From positions 63,366,001-63,430,000 of the forward strand of contig NC_045697.1 in NCBI RefSeq assembly GCF_009834535.1: a stretch of DNA of 64,000 nucleotides, in the 5' to 3' direction. Positions 39,711-54,150 of this stretch are shown here, in pieces (position 1 is the first letter of the stretch; the number at the start of each line of letters is the position of its first letter). This DNA is from Camelus ferus. Lineage: Eukaryota. A model generated the notes under the pieces. The model did not search any database. It saw only the letters and a list, made by a program, of their open reading frames with translations, and was not told the DNA's origin. The translations under genes were made by a program, and so were the position numbers.

Positions 39711-40237
39711 TGGTCGATATACTTTATTGAGTGATCAAGAGCACAGCCATCTTTAATTACACACATACGATCTCCTTCTTTATCCAAGAAGATGTCAGTA
39801 TTTCTGGGAGCAACAGTCAGGTACATCAGTATTTATGTGTAATGGGCCAAGTGCTAAAGTGGTAGTCTATATTCAACTGTTATGAGATAGAGAAGGCTCA
39901 ACTATTGCTACCTGCTGCTTTTATATTTTTAAAGTTTATGCAGCAAAAAAATCAATATTTTTTTAATTTAAAATTTTAAACTTCGCTCCCTTGAAAGATT
40001 AAACTGTTTGCAGTACATTACTTCTATGGAATGCTGTATAAACTACATATGCCTGCGTACTTGTGCCTGTGATATGGTGCATAGTAACATCTCATTTATC
40101 CAGCTGCCACTTATCTCTAAACCTAAACTAGTTAAAATATGATGTGGATTATTCGTATTTACAAACAATAAATGAACTCCTGAGAGTCACAGTGAAGAGC
40201 ACAGAATGTCATGCTGGCTGAGGTACATGCACCCTAC

Positions 40238-40871
40238 TGTTGGGAAAATATAATTAAAACAAAATCTTTCCCACCACCAGAAATCCTCTCCATAAAGATA
40301 GCAGAGAAAGAAAACACTTTTATGACTGAATAAGCATTAAACCAGAGTGTGATGGTCATCACAGGCAACCCCCTCAGTGACTTGAAAGATAGAAAACTCA
40401 CCCTTTAAATAGCCAAGCAGATACCACCCCTCACATGCACATTCTCCACATAAACAATAACTAGTCCTCAAGTAAAGAGATCTTTACAGCACCATTTGTC
40501 CCACATAGTTCATCCTAAATTTACCTCTGGTAATTGGTGACCATCTGTGAAAACACCCTTCTCATGTCTTTATTGCAGGAGAGAGTTTTGTAGCTTGGAA
40601 CAAGGTGCCCAGAAAGTTGAAGCCCCTCCCACTGGAACTGGGAGATGGAGGAGTTACCTCCCTTGATGGCCTCCCTGGGTCTAAAAGCTGACGAAATGCC
40701 TATCTAGCTTTCAAAAAGTTATATACGTTTCAGAGAGGGAGAAGTACTTAAAGGTTTTCTAAAGTAAATGCTCTAAGAAAATGGAGGGGAGGAAAATTTG
40801 TTCTATTATTTTCAACATGGAGAATTAAGCCTCTTATTTTAGTTTTTAATTTTTATTTAATTTTACCCTAC
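40238..40871 (-). mobile_element. ERV1 solo LTR (MER89/MER90-like)
   Basis: Starts tgttgggaaaatataattaaaacaaaatc, ends gttttctaaagtaaatgctctaagaaa...ggagaattaagcctcttatttt...ttaccctac. Confidence 0.7.
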
Positions 40872-42746
40872 TCTTATTGGAGCTTCCTAGGCCACAGGGA
40901 AATCATTTACTCCTCCTTCAGACATAGTTACTAGATTTCAAATTCCACCCCAGATTGTCCATTAGATAATGGACTGGCTTCTTGTTAGAGGCTGAAGTGC
41001 TGACTTCAGTGTGATGAAGAGACACCTCTCAAGTCTGACAGTGAGTGAAGAGAATACTTATAAAAAGTACATGGAGAGGGCTGAAAAGGAAGAAAGGAGA
41101 AGGGGATAGAGTAGGAAGAAGACACAGTCAGGAGCCTTTTGTAGTAGGAAAAACAGTTTTGCTACCTTGGGAACCCCTGAGGGCATCATTTTATTACCAT
41201 ACAAAAATTATAATTGACCTTTAAGACTATATCTTTGTGATGACTAAATAGTTTAACACTTTGAATCCACAGTCTTGAGGTTGCTTTGAGGTTACATTCC
41301 TGATATCTTGAATGTTGCCCTTTCATCATGTCTCCTTCAGACTTCTCTCCTTTCCTTACAGCCTGTAAGGAAGTGTGCCCATTTTCTATAAGCAAGTTGT
41401 TGGTGTTTTTTATAAGCACATGGGGGTTGTGCACAAATTATTGTGTATGTGGAAAAGTCACCCCCAGGAAGTTTAGGGAACCCTGACCCAAGGTGAAAGC
41501 CAAGATCTATTGCTTTGATGCAAATATAAACAAAAAAAGTTGTCATACATTATTATGGCTATTTTTCAGTGAGTGGTTTAGTAAGTGTAGCATATGATTA
41601 ACAAAGATTGATCCACAGTCTCTGGAACCCACAGGCTCAGGTTAAAATCCCAGCTCTGACATGTACTATGTGTGTAACCTTCCAAAAAGTATTTCAACTT
41701 CTCCTTTCACGGTTTTCTCATTTTCCAATGGTGATTATTAGTAATGTTTACCTCATAGGATTGTGATGACCAGTAAATGCATTTTCAGAGAGAGAGAGAG
41801 GTTGTCAAAACAAATCAACAAATATAAACTAGTATTTATAGTCAAGTCTTACTTCAACCTGGAGACAATCTGTGCTTTATTTAAGGAAGGAAAAAAAAAA
41901 GAGAGAGAGAGGTAACATTTCTTAGAAGAATTTCTAACTAGAATGCATGTTTTTTTAAATCATATGTGGAATATGTGCTCTTTAAAAATGTGAGAAAAAT
42001 AATGTAGTGTATTATCATATAATCAGAAAATGCTTACTTTACAGGTAATTATGGCTGAGTTTATTTTGTGGGTTCACAAAAATTAGTTTGAAATCATAGG
42101 TATTTTTTTAGCTTAATTATGTTGAACTCATTTCTATGATTTCAAATGTTAGTATATAGCTTATAGTCAGGCCATTTTGTTTTTCAGCCTTTGCTAACAT
42201 ATATTTTGATGTTAATATATTTAAAGACTTCTGTGTTAATACACATAATCAGATTCATTATAATATGTATGTTTATATCCCACATGGTAGCACATGTTTA
42301 TTTGTGGACTGAATTAAGAAGTGAGAATTGCACAAACTTTACAGAATTCAGGAAAATAGTAAATTTTTAGAAATTTTTTTTGTATTTCAACTTTGGGAAA
42401 TAAAGGAAAGGGAAGAAATGTTAGAATGTTTACAATTTTCCAGTATTGCCTTAAGAAAGCAAAAATAATCCTCTACTTGTCCACTACTATTGGCACTAAA
42501 CTGAATGAAAAGAAATTATTCATTTCTTATGTTTTTAAATTTCACTGAACTACCGGTGCTAAAAGCTGTTGCGCCAGTGTGAGGAAGGCTTTCCCCTATC
42601 TCTTTGATGTCCCATCATAGATGTCAGTTAGTCTGCAAGAATCACATCCTTACTCTGATTTGGCAAACCCAGGACAGGTGAATCATCTTGGAAATTGCAT
42701 GTATGTATATGCATATATATGATTATTAATGTGCTTCCAAATTTTA

Positions 42747-42757
42747 TGTGTGTGTAT

Positions 42758-42816
<59 letters not shown>
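42747..42816. repeat. Compound (TG)-rich + (TA)25 microsatellite
   Basis: Pure TA at 42767-42816. Confidence 0.97.
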
Positions 42817-42819
<3 letters not shown>

Positions 42820-43101
42820 GCTCCCCAGAATGAGTTTAGAAAGAAATCTACCTTACATTTTAAATTCTAGTAATTTTATTTATATTGATTTCAACATAAA
42901 TTGTACCTATGCTAAAAATGAGTCATTAGACTAAAAATTTATCATCAGCCTAATTAGATCCTTTCAGATCTTGAAAAAAATACTTTATTGTATGGAATGA
43001 TAACAGGTGCTTCTCACCAGATACAGTATATACATGGATTGGTGAATGGCTTTTTTTTTTCTTCTTTTTAACATTATACAGAATTTTTTCTGCAAGAGAT
43101 C

Positions 43102-43482
43102 TGTACTAGTCAGGATAGGCTAGGTTATGTGTCAGTAACAAATCATTTAAAAATGTCAGTGGTTTAGCATAACAAAAGTTTATTTCTTGCTTTTGCTACA
43201 TGTCAGTTTTATAAGCCAGAGCTTTGTTCTACAAAGTCATTCTGGGTCCCATACTATTGAAGGCACTATATATCCTACAGCTGCATCTTCTTGGTCACCA
43301 TAGCAACAAAAGGAAATACGTAGTGGATTCATGCCTGTTCTGAACTTTATCCTAGAAGGGATGTACTTACTTCAGTTCACAACCCTACAGCCAGAACTAG
43401 GTCCAGAGCCCCACTTAACCAAGGGGAATGGGTAGGGGCAGAAGAAGTGGTTATTAGTGAGCACTAGTAATGTCTATTGACA
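43102..43482 (-). mobile_element. MLT1J/K-like MaLR LTR
   Basis: tgtactagtcaggataggctaggttatg...cagtggtttagcataacaaaagtttatttcttgc...gccagaactagg...gtgagcactagtaatgtcta. Confidence 0.75.
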
Positions 43483-45019
43483 TCCAAGGGCTCATTTTAT
43501 CTTGGATATTTGTAACAGTTTATATATGTAGATTCTCAGAACTTGATGAATATGTGGGTATTACTGTACACACCCTGTTTTAATAATTACTAAAAAACTT
43601 TAAATCTGAATTTAATTTTAATTATTTAATGTATACATATTTTAAAAATAATTTGACAATAAATTATACTTTCTCAGGTTATTTTTGAACATCTAATTAC
43701 AATAAGTGACTGCATTGCCTAATGGCAATCATATTACTCTCAGTTAATCCATGTTTTCCACATTTCACTATAAATCATAGTCCAGTTAATACAGCAAAAA
43801 CATGGTTTGGCTTTCTCTAGTCTGAGTCATTTAAATTTGTAATTTAAAAAATCTGACCATAATCTCATTATGGTAAAACTTGCAGGGGAAATTAACAATT
43901 TTTGCAATGGAAATGGTTTTAAAATATACAAGCTCTAATTAGATTGCTTTGGAACCAATAATTTTTAATTGACCAAATATATGAATCTTAAAATATTTTC
44001 TACTGTAATGATTAATTGTACTTTTATGTTTAAATTATTAAAAAGAAAACAACATACCCATTTGAATCCAGAGAAAAGTAACATTTTGTTAAAATAGAGA
44101 ATTTGAGGTTTTGCTAAAATTAATAAAAATATAATATCTCAAGTAATAAATTAATGAGAGACTGTATGTTTGATAATAATCTGCAGTTGTCTTGCAAGGC
44201 ATGTTTCTTTGACTGAAAGGGTGAGTGGAACAAAATAATTACTATCTTCTCTCACTCTTTCTTCTAACATATTTCTAAGCCTTTAGCAGTTAATAGCAAT
44301 TATACAAAGGATGCTTTCCCAAATCCTCAAACCTGTCATGTTTTGTCTTGTTTGTACTCTAGAGAATGCTCTGAGTTTCATTGATTCAGTGATTATGTTT
44401 TGAATGAACCGCTTCATGTAATCTTCTAAAATTTAAAATAGAGTCTTATAACTGTCAGAATTAGAAAACTAGTGATCATAGTTACAATTTTGTGTAACAA
44501 AGAACTATGTCTATGTTGTTTCACTTTATTTAGGGATGTAATCATTTTCTTCAAGAAAATGTGTTATGTCTAGGAAGGAAGATTTGAAACATGTTTCCTC
44601 TAACTTCACTGAGCATCAATTTCCTTGTTTCCAAAATCAGGTTATAAATATATCTCTCTTTTGAAGATCAAATGATATAACTAACATAATGCCTGCATGT
44701 TATACCCACTTAAAACATCACACATCCTATCTGTTATTTTTGTCCTTACTCTTTAAGTGTGTGTGTGTTCAAGTTTATAAAGTCTTAGAGCTAGAATTAA
44801 TTTTTTGAAGTCCTATTATTTCTTTACCTTTTATATTTTAAATTATGTGTCTTTATTATTTTTGGTAAATGTACATTTCCTGGTTTATAATTTTAGAGTC
44901 AAGGAGATATAGAAAGTAACAAATAGGCTGGGCTATTAATATTTTTACTTTCATAGAAAATGATAAATAGTTATGGTTGTATTTGAAGTTTGGACCCAAT
45001 TCCATCCACTGATAATCTC

Positions 45020-47270
45020 CTGTATATTGTAGAACGTTTTGATCTCCAAATCACAAAACAACCTCAGGTCAGGCCTGCTCAAACAATATCACAAATGGGT
45101 CTGAGGTAGGATCAGCTCCAGGCATAGAACAATGAGTGGTTGGCCATGTCATCCAGTGCCCAGTACTTCCCAACATTCTATCTTGTCTCTGGTAATAGCC
45201 TCAACTTCAGGCCAGTAGCAAGATGGCAGCAGCATTTCTAGACCACACCTCCAGACACAGCAACATCCTAATGACAAGAGAAATCTATGACTCTGTTTCA
45301 TTCTTGAGATTGAGGAAAATTTCCCCCAGAGACTCCAGTAGATTTATTAGAATTATCCCATGTCTACAAGGAATGCTAGAAAGCAGAACATAATTATCAC
45401 TCATTTAGGAATGTAATAGATACTAGGGTGTCAGTTAAAGATACCACTATAGGCCACATGTTCAGCTACCCAGTATACAAACACACGTTCTTCCCATACA
45501 CAGGCTCTTCCAAAAATGCCCACACCTGTCTGAAGTATATTTATATTTTCTCCAAAATGAGATAATTTGAAGATTCATTGAGTTACTAAAGCAAATTCGA
45601 GTTTAGGATCTCTGTGTTAAGTGTAGACCTTCCCATCAAGTTAGAATATAACTGTTTATAGTCCAGTAGAAAGAGTCTTTCACTTTCTGACCAAAGCCAG
45701 CATCTTCTCATGGTGGAGAATAGGAAAGACTATTATCATTAAAAACTCCTTCTAAAAAAGGGGAAGACAACATACAGAGCTATTGCTCGAAAATACTAAT
45801 GAAGAGTGGACACTCTCAGTTCTGGTAGTTGACCAAATTCCTTGTTTTCTGAATCTGCCTACTCCTTGTTCTGGTAGGGGAGGGCATTGGTGGTAACTCC
45901 CTTGTCCATATCTACCATGGGCATTTGAGGGATGGGCATGGGGAAGAATGCCTTACCCTGGGACTGCACAGTTTTAACAACTCCCTTCCTGTTGAGTGTG
46001 TTTGGTGAGCTGAAAATTGGTCTAACTATAGAAATACACTTTTGGGGAGGCTTCAAGTCACTATGGTAATGCAGTTTCCTTAAAAATGTTGGATTGTAAC
46101 TCATTTGCATTCAGTTCCATGGCCTGGTCACCTAGCCAAAAAGCAGGCTCAGCAAGCCGTTTTGCCTGGAAAGTTCAGTCTTTGCCATAGACCTCAGAGT
46201 CTCATCCATCCTCTCCTTCAAACCAACACTCATTCTTTAATGGCCTCTGCCATGAGGAAAATCAGAAGAGTAGCCTGATGTGGGAAGGCACACATATAAC
46301 TTGTCCTATCCATCTTCATTTTATTTACTAGGTAAATAATGTTTAACTGGAGGTGTTTGCTAGAAGTCTGGGGTTATAGGATTTTTCTTTTGTTCTAGTC
46401 AAGTACTCTGCTCAGTCTCCATTCTCACTGTCTCAGTGTGCATTACCTACAACTTGGAATAGAAAGTGTGGCTTTTCAAACCCCGAGATGTTCCACATTA
46501 TGGGACTCGCAGTCAGTGTACATTATAGTCCACAGACATGTTAAGCAGAATTGTATTTTACTCTTTCTCTGCTTTCTAATACATCAACTTTAGCCCATCC
46601 ATAATTCTTTCTTGAAGGACTTAACTGAGTGTTGCAAGAATTAGCCCAAATACCAGCATTCTGAAAATTTCCTATCAGTTTGCAAAATGAGCAACTATTT
46701 AGCCAAATGTTTCAAAACCGCACAAGAAGCATCATGAACTATGAAACTCTAAAGAGGAGTAGATCATTCTTTCCCTTGCTTTATCTCCTCTTTTCCACCA
46801 ATTCAACATTGTAGAGTCTATTACTTGTGACAACTCATTTCTGGTAACAGATTTGGTATTAGGATTCTTCTGTCACTAAGGAACTGAAAGTATCAATTAA
46901 ATAAGATAAATTATGCACACAGCTGGATGTAGTGAGTTTCCCATGTGCCATATATCAGAGTTAACTCTTCTGTAATTTTCTTGACCAATCCGTTTCTCCA
47001 GGGCTGGTAGCAAAATAGCTTCACTCATTCAGACAAGATACTGACAATGACTAAAAGAGAAAGAACTTATTCCCAGGTCTCTTAGATCTAAGTAAATTTT
47101 TCACAGAGCACTGCAAAATTCTTCTCTTAACATCTAATGTAAAATTCTTGAGAACACATACTTCATAATTGACATGCCACCACCAATGAGAAGTGATTAC
47201 TTCATGCTGCAAGGAAATATCTCTCTAGGAATCTGGAAGGCAAGGGACAGAAGTATTTTTTAGGGATACC
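45020..47270 (-). mobile_element. Degraded MaLR provirus: LTR - internal - LTR
   Basis: Two related LTR-like segments (~45020-45450 and ~46853-47270) flank ~1.4 kb of internal sequence, which ends at a MaLR-style junction catttctggtaacagatt|tggtattagg. Confidence 0.55.
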
Positions 47271-49558
47271 TGAGCTCTGACGCTCATCTAGCTCCCCAGA
47301 CCACCCCAACCTCACTCATCTTTGTTAAGATGGCCTTGTTGTTGCTGAGTTTTGTTCAGAAACCAAGAAAAGTTTGAGCGTCAAACATTTCTTTAAGTAG
47401 AACAGCATAGATTGTTAGTGTATGTTTTTCTGAGGTGGTAATATAAACCCAAATATAAAAGAGCAGAGGTAAAACAAACATTAGTCTATGTTCTCAAGTC
47501 TGTTGGAGGCTCCCTACAGGTCATGTGTTAAGGACATCTGTGCACCTCTTTAGGGAGCCAGGAGCCAGGGATAATCACATAAGACATACTGGTCTGCTCA
47601 CACTCCCAATAGCCTTTCCTAGCCCTATATCTTCTGTGTCCTTTGCTAAATAATTTCTCATTCTTTTCTTTTAAAGGGTTTTCTACCTAGAAACTTAGAT
47701 GATTGTCACCATATTATATACTTGTCATTCCATTAAAAATAAGTACCCTAATAAACATATACTGAATTTAAAAATTTGAGTAAGTTTTAGCCTCTCAAAA
47801 GAGTAAAGACCTACTACATTTTCCAGGTAAATAACCTTGTTAATCTTCATGCTGCATAATGTTTAATGGTGCCACTTACATGTCTCCTGTGAGCCTGTAC
47901 TCACAACATCTTAATTATTACACTCATACACTGAGACAAAGGAAATGTATGACAAACCTATTTAACTGATGCATCTAAGGAACGTTTAAACACTTTAAAA
48001 GAATTATCTACTTTGGGCAGGCAAATATTTATAAAATTACCCTTTAATAAATCAACTGTGCTTTCAGATTCCGAGGCACCTCAAGACAGATAAATAAATA
48101 TGTGATGTTATTATTCTGCTCAAATATATATCTGAAATATTGTCTTATTGCCATGCTAGAGGATGCTAACATTGTTTTAGGAGATAGCTAATGTACATAT
48201 ATCTGGGCTAAGGAGAAATAAGAAAACCTGAGTAGAATTGCATGGTTTAAAGCAGTCTTACTCACACCACATACACTCTGGTAAGATCCTACAGTTTTGC
48301 CTGACCATTTAGACATGTCAGTCCTTCTTAATATGTGCCTACTTCTATTTTCAAGGTCTTGTGATACTTTAATCTTTGCAAATGCTGAAGATACATGGCT
48401 GAGTAGTATTATAAGGACAGTGCAGTTTCTTGAACACATTACATTAGCTAAACTAAGTTCTTTAATAGATGTGTCCAGATTTTAACACTGTTAATCATAA
48501 ATTACAAAATTATTTTATTTTAGCCCTTTATCACCAAAGCAATATCAAATGCAACAGTATCAAGCTTAAAATTAAATGATGTATTTTATTTTGTTCATTT
48601 CTCATTCAAATGTAACAGATAACCTATTGACTCTCAATGTAATTTCTACTTTTTTCTTATTTTAAATGCATGTTTTTCATTCTTTCTAAAGATGTCTCTT
48701 TATTTGTGGAAAGAAATGAAAGAAACTAGTACTATCCCAGAAAGATGGGCTCAGTTTCACAATGTCAGAGTCAGGGTTAAAGCTCAAGAGAGGGGACTTC
48801 TAGGAATGAGGCTGATGATGAGGTTGGGCTCATTAGATCTTATTTTACTTCACAGTGGTCTGAATCTTCAAATTCTCTCTTAAAAGTTGGCTAACATTTG
48901 TTAGTAACTAAATGGCAGTTATTGATCTAAAACTAGAGCTTTATATGTATAAACATATTTAATGGTCATGAAAATCTCGAGATAAAACTGTAAGAACAAA
49001 TGTTAAAATATTGTTTCCATTTTAGAGATGTGAAAATGTTTTACAGTAATGGTTGAAAGTAATTCTTATACCAAATTCATATGTTCCCACTTACTCTTTC
49101 CCAGCTGCAACTTAGGTTTGGATTTTCTGAATTATGAAGAAAATGAAGTAATTGTAAATTGTCAATGCAATTTATACTTCATTCAGGAGAGGAAATTTGT
49201 TAACAGGATGGGATGAGTCAAGAGAAAATTTCATTGATGTGATCAGAAGAAAGTTGTGAACAAATGATAAAAAGGGGGGATACACTTGATGACTTGGAAA
49301 GGTGTCCTGTGGATGGTTCACTGCTGAATTGACTATCAGGTATAAGACTTAGTTCTTATCATATTTTGCAGTTAATGATTGTGTAACTTTTGGGAAACTC
49401 GCCAGGTTTCAGTTTCTTATAAAATAAGATATGGGTCAAAATTATTTCTTAATTCTCTAGGTTTTTCTGATACTCTGAAGTTACGCTGTCAATAATACAC
49501 CAAAGCCAATCCATTCCGTAAGTGTCTAATGCATGCCTTGCACAGTACTAACTACTAT

Positions 49559-49618
49559 GGGAAGGAAGGAAAAGAAAGAAGAAGAGGGGAAAGGAGGGAG
49601 GGAAGGGAGGAAGGGAAA
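49559..49618. repeat. 60-nt pure purine (GA-rich) tract
   Basis: Direct read. Confidence 0.9.
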
Positions 49619-52299
49619 TTCCTATCCTTTATAATTTAGTAATCAGAAAAAAAGGCACACATGTCAAAAATTCTGTGAACAATCCTTTTGTAACAATGAA
49701 AGTGCCATGGCAATTTAGAAATTCATGTTTATTCTCATAGTCTTAACTGGGACAAATGAACTGAAGGAGAATAATGGCTAGTGTGGCAGGTAAAGGAAAC
49801 TGAACTAGGAGTCAGTATTTCAAAGAAATCCCAGTGTTTGCAATATCATCCTTATTGAGTGGAAATAGTAATAATTATTGAGCATCTATCATGAATTAGG
49901 TACTTCGATAACTAATTTACATATGTTAATAACCCTCAATTTTATTGAACCAAAGTTGGAACATTCAAATTTTAGTGATTAAAAGCACAACTTATTTCTT
50001 TTTCTGGTAGAAAAATTCTGTTTGTGTTATGAGCTTTTTCATGGCTCCTTATATTCAGGAAGTTGTCGAAATTGGGTGAGCAGTCACTTAATGTTGGCTG
50101 AGCAGCTAATTTACTTAGTCTGAAGGATGATGGTAACTTTCCCTTCTTAATTGAGAGAAAAGGTCAATAGAAATTAGGAAAGACAATTTCAGTATAGTTC
50201 CTTTGTGTTCGTCATACCAGCTTTTAGTGCCAGTGAATGTTTTGTACCGTAGACCAACTTAATGGTTCAAAATGTTCTGTTCTTTGGGGGCATGGAAAAT
50301 GGCTTCATGTTTGTTTGGTTTGTTTTCCTAAGCAAGTTTTCAGAGCTGAGATTTAACTCTTAAAATCTTTTTCAACCTTACAAAGAGTTAGAGCACTTAT
50401 TAAATGTGGCAATCTCTGCCAAATGTTCCCTTCAGTGTAAAAAGCTCCATTAAGCCAGGATATTGAGCACTTTCTCGCTACATGATGTGCATGTGTGTTT
50501 AGGGGTGTGTGTGTGTTTCTGTGTGTGCTTTAATTTATGAAACCAATTTAAATACTGTGTTCTTAAAAAGCTGACTACAATCCTAAATTTTATAGAGAAG
50601 AAAAGATGTTTGGAAATCACTTATTATACTGCCAAATCTGAATGCCAGTGAGCTACAATTTACCAATATAATGCATTCTTTATTAATATTGCCTTCTTTT
50701 GCTTTCAGAGGGCATTTAAAGAGAAGGCCAGAATTGGAAAAAAATGATTTTTTTGCCTGATCCAGAATTTTTGATCTCTATATATTTTGGCAACCATAAG
50801 GGAACTAAAAGATGTACAATTGAAAAATAAAATGTTAAATTTGAGGGCACGTACTTTGAATAAAAGCCTCAGATAATGTGAGCTTGATAAATTCACCTAG
50901 CATAAATGAGGAATTTTGTGACTTATGAGTCTAAAGAAGATTTAAAATGTATCTAATACAATAAAATATTGAAAGAATCAATTTGTAAACCAAATCGTTG
51001 ACCTGTTCAATGATAAGATCTCACTTCTTTGCACATTTTCAATATATAAGATATCATGTGAAAGTCCTGAACTCGAAGCAGAAATGGATTTTAAGACCCT
51101 CTTTATTAGTTTACTCTTTGGGTAGATGATATTCCTTAAAGTATCATAGAGTATTAGATCTAGAATGGGGTTAAGGATGGAAGTAAATCTTTTGTTCACA
51201 TAGGAGGAAAGTGCCAAGGCAAGCAATGTGATTGTCTAGGTTCATGTGAGGTTTGTCTGTTTTTACATGACATTCAGTAGCTCATTTAAATGAATGTCGA
51301 CAGTTTATGAATTTGTGGAGGTAAAAAATACTGTTCACATTAGTACATTTTGTTTTACTTACTGATATTATTAAACCAAGTATTTATATCTTGATACCCT
51401 GGTAATGATATTTATAATTTTTCAAAGAATTTTCTTTACATCATGGTACAAAATTTTCATCATACTTTGAGTGCAAGCACTGTTGGTATTAAATGAACAT
51501 AGTCAGATTAAGATTATTTAGAGCAATTATTCGTCAAAAGATATAGGTGACCTAGCACAGTAATTGAATTCTTCACTACTACTTAAATTTATTCAATTAT
51601 TAATATTTAAATTAATTTGAATGGTGTGTTTTCTTGAAATAACTACTCTTACTAAAAACTCATTGGTTCCTTTCCCCAGATATAAAGCTTATATTCCAAC
51701 TATCAATTTTAATTTATAGGCAGTGAACATTAGAGTTGGATTAACATCATGCTGATTTTTTAAATTTTGTTTTAATTGAAAATAAAGTGTGCAACCAGTC
51801 AGGGTGAATAATGTCCACAGATCTGTGCACCTGTGTCTTGTGGCTGAATTTATTTACATTCATATTAACTGATTAGCTCCTGCCAAGCCATTCCACATTC
51901 AACAATCATTCATAAAAATACTTCATTGTTTTTGTTATATATTTATCCAGGTGGATGACAGGATGGATATTCTAACATGCTGAGTATTTAGTTAAAATTA
52001 ATTGAGAAACTGCTAATTTTTTAAAGCTATAAACAGAAATCTATTTAAGTATTATTAAGCAGAACTTACAAAACAAGAGCTTTCAAAAGTAGTTTAAACA
52101 CCTGGTTTTGTTTTTAACCTTATTACCTACATTTATAAAAATAAACCATAGTAATAAATGACAAAATAAATCCTATCTGAATAATGCTGGTAGTTTCTGT
52201 GATATAAAGATACAGATCACAAACCTGTCCTGAAGTTGGCTCACAGTTTTAGCAAACAGACACATAAATAAATAATTTCAATGTGACATGATAATAACG

Positions 52300-52520
52300 A
52301 AAGGCTAGCACTTCACTAGCTCTTTAGTTGTGTCTGCTGTGTTTTTAGTAGTTTCCTCTCACTTATTCTTCCCAGGAACCCTTAAGAGTGGGTTCTATTA
52401 CCATCTCCATTTTACAGAAGACAAAACTGCTGCCCAGAAAAGATGGGTAACATGCCTAAAGTAACACAGTTAATAACTTCCTGAGCTGAAGTTGAAACCA
52501 AGCAGCCTCAGTCTCACTTG
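52300..52520 (-). mobile_element. MIR SINE
   Basis: ctattaccatctccattttacagaagacaaaactg...gtaacatgcctaaagtaacacag. Confidence 0.7.
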
Positions 52521-53559
52521 AACAAAAGAGGCAGACACGTCTACATGTGGTTGCAGCAGAGGTGATGCTGAATTGCACCTCAAGAAATGAGTAGGAATAT
52601 GCTAGTTAAGGGCTGTACGGTGAAGGAAAAGGAAATTCTTATGGTGGGGGGGCCAGGAACAGGAACAGTTAAAAGAGCTTTGGGGGATAAGAGAAGAGAT
52701 TTAGTGAGGGCAAAGGGCTGTGAGACCAGTGGATGTCTGCAAAAACTGCAGCAGGTTCTTACTACCACGGCAGGGTCTGCAGGCTGTCTGAAGAAAGAAA
52801 GTCTTGGATGCCCAGACCGTGTCACAGACTTACTGAGTCAGAATCTCTGCACTGGGGCCCAAATTAGTATTTAATAGAGTACGTTAGGTGATTAACTGTT
52901 TTGTATCATAATTTTCAGGATCCTCTACAAACCTGTAAATTTGAAAATGAAAAGAAAGAAATGAAATAAAAATGTCTGGAATGAAGCCAGTAAGGTAGAT
53001 GAAAACCAGATCATAGTTGATCTTTTAAATTGTCCTCTTTCTGGTTAGATTATTTCACAAAATAATAAGCAATATTTCAAAAGAATTCATGCCAAGTATT
53101 AACACGGGTTAAAAACACAGGAGTAAAGCAGTGGTTCAACAAACAAAAATGAAACAAAAATTCCTTCTTTTGTATCCTTCCTTCATGTATCCTCTAAAGC
53201 AATCCATAATAAAATGCTGATTCTTACCTACTCTTTTATCCAGATACTACATCCCCACCCCCACCCCCAAGAAGCCCATTTATTTGCTTCTTGAACAAAT
53301 CTTTAGGAAACCTTTCAAAAAATATGACCAAATTCAGCATTCATTGATCTATTCATTCATGTAACCTAAATATTCTCAATCTTGGTGGCAAATAAGGATG
53401 ACCTGAGAAGCTTTTTACAAAGGAGTATAAAAGGAGGAAATTGATCTATGTTTTTGTTTTTGTTTTCTGGTATCTGCTATGTGAAAGCCTTTTTATTCTG
53501 CACTCTAAGGAATACATGTGTAAAATAAGGACACTACTCACAGGGACCTTGAAATCTAG

Positions 53560-54150
53560 AAAGGAAGTAAGATACATACCCCCAAAATGTGATAAGTTAA
53601 AATATTATAAGAGCCCCCAAAGGGCACAGATAATGTGCTACAGGAATTCAGGGTATTGCAGTGTCGCTTACTGTTGAAAGGACTAGAGAAGTTTTCATGG
53701 AGGAGTGGGCATCTGAGCTGAACTGTAAATGAAATTTGGATACTAGGGTTACTGGAGAAGGGCATTTCCAAATGTTTTGGTGAAGAGGTCATAAAAACTG
53801 AAAGCAAGTTAAGTGTCAGGAGAAGGATTATGATTAAAAAGACTGTTAGAAATATAGCTGATAATTTGTCTTGGAAGTTGAACTCACTCAGGCTAAGTAA
53901 GGGTGAAGCAACTAAAACAGGACTTTGTTCTCAGTTTGAAGGGCCTGAATGCCAGCCTAAAGCAAGTGGAATTCATCCATGGCCTAAGGGAAATGTTGAA
54001 ACCTTTCAGCAAAGGAAGGGCATGCAGTACCACGTTTCAGAAAGATCCCTCTGGTGTTAGGGTGTGGGAAGGATTGGAGAGGGGAGAGACTGAGCTGAGG
54101 GGACCTCTGGAAATACAACAGTGTAGACAAGGTTCTGATGTTTTAAATCA
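53560..54150 (-). mobile_element. L2 fragment
   Basis: gaagttttcatggaggagtgggcatctgagctg...gggcctgaatgccagcctaaag...cacgtttcagaaagatccctctgg. Confidence 0.65.
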
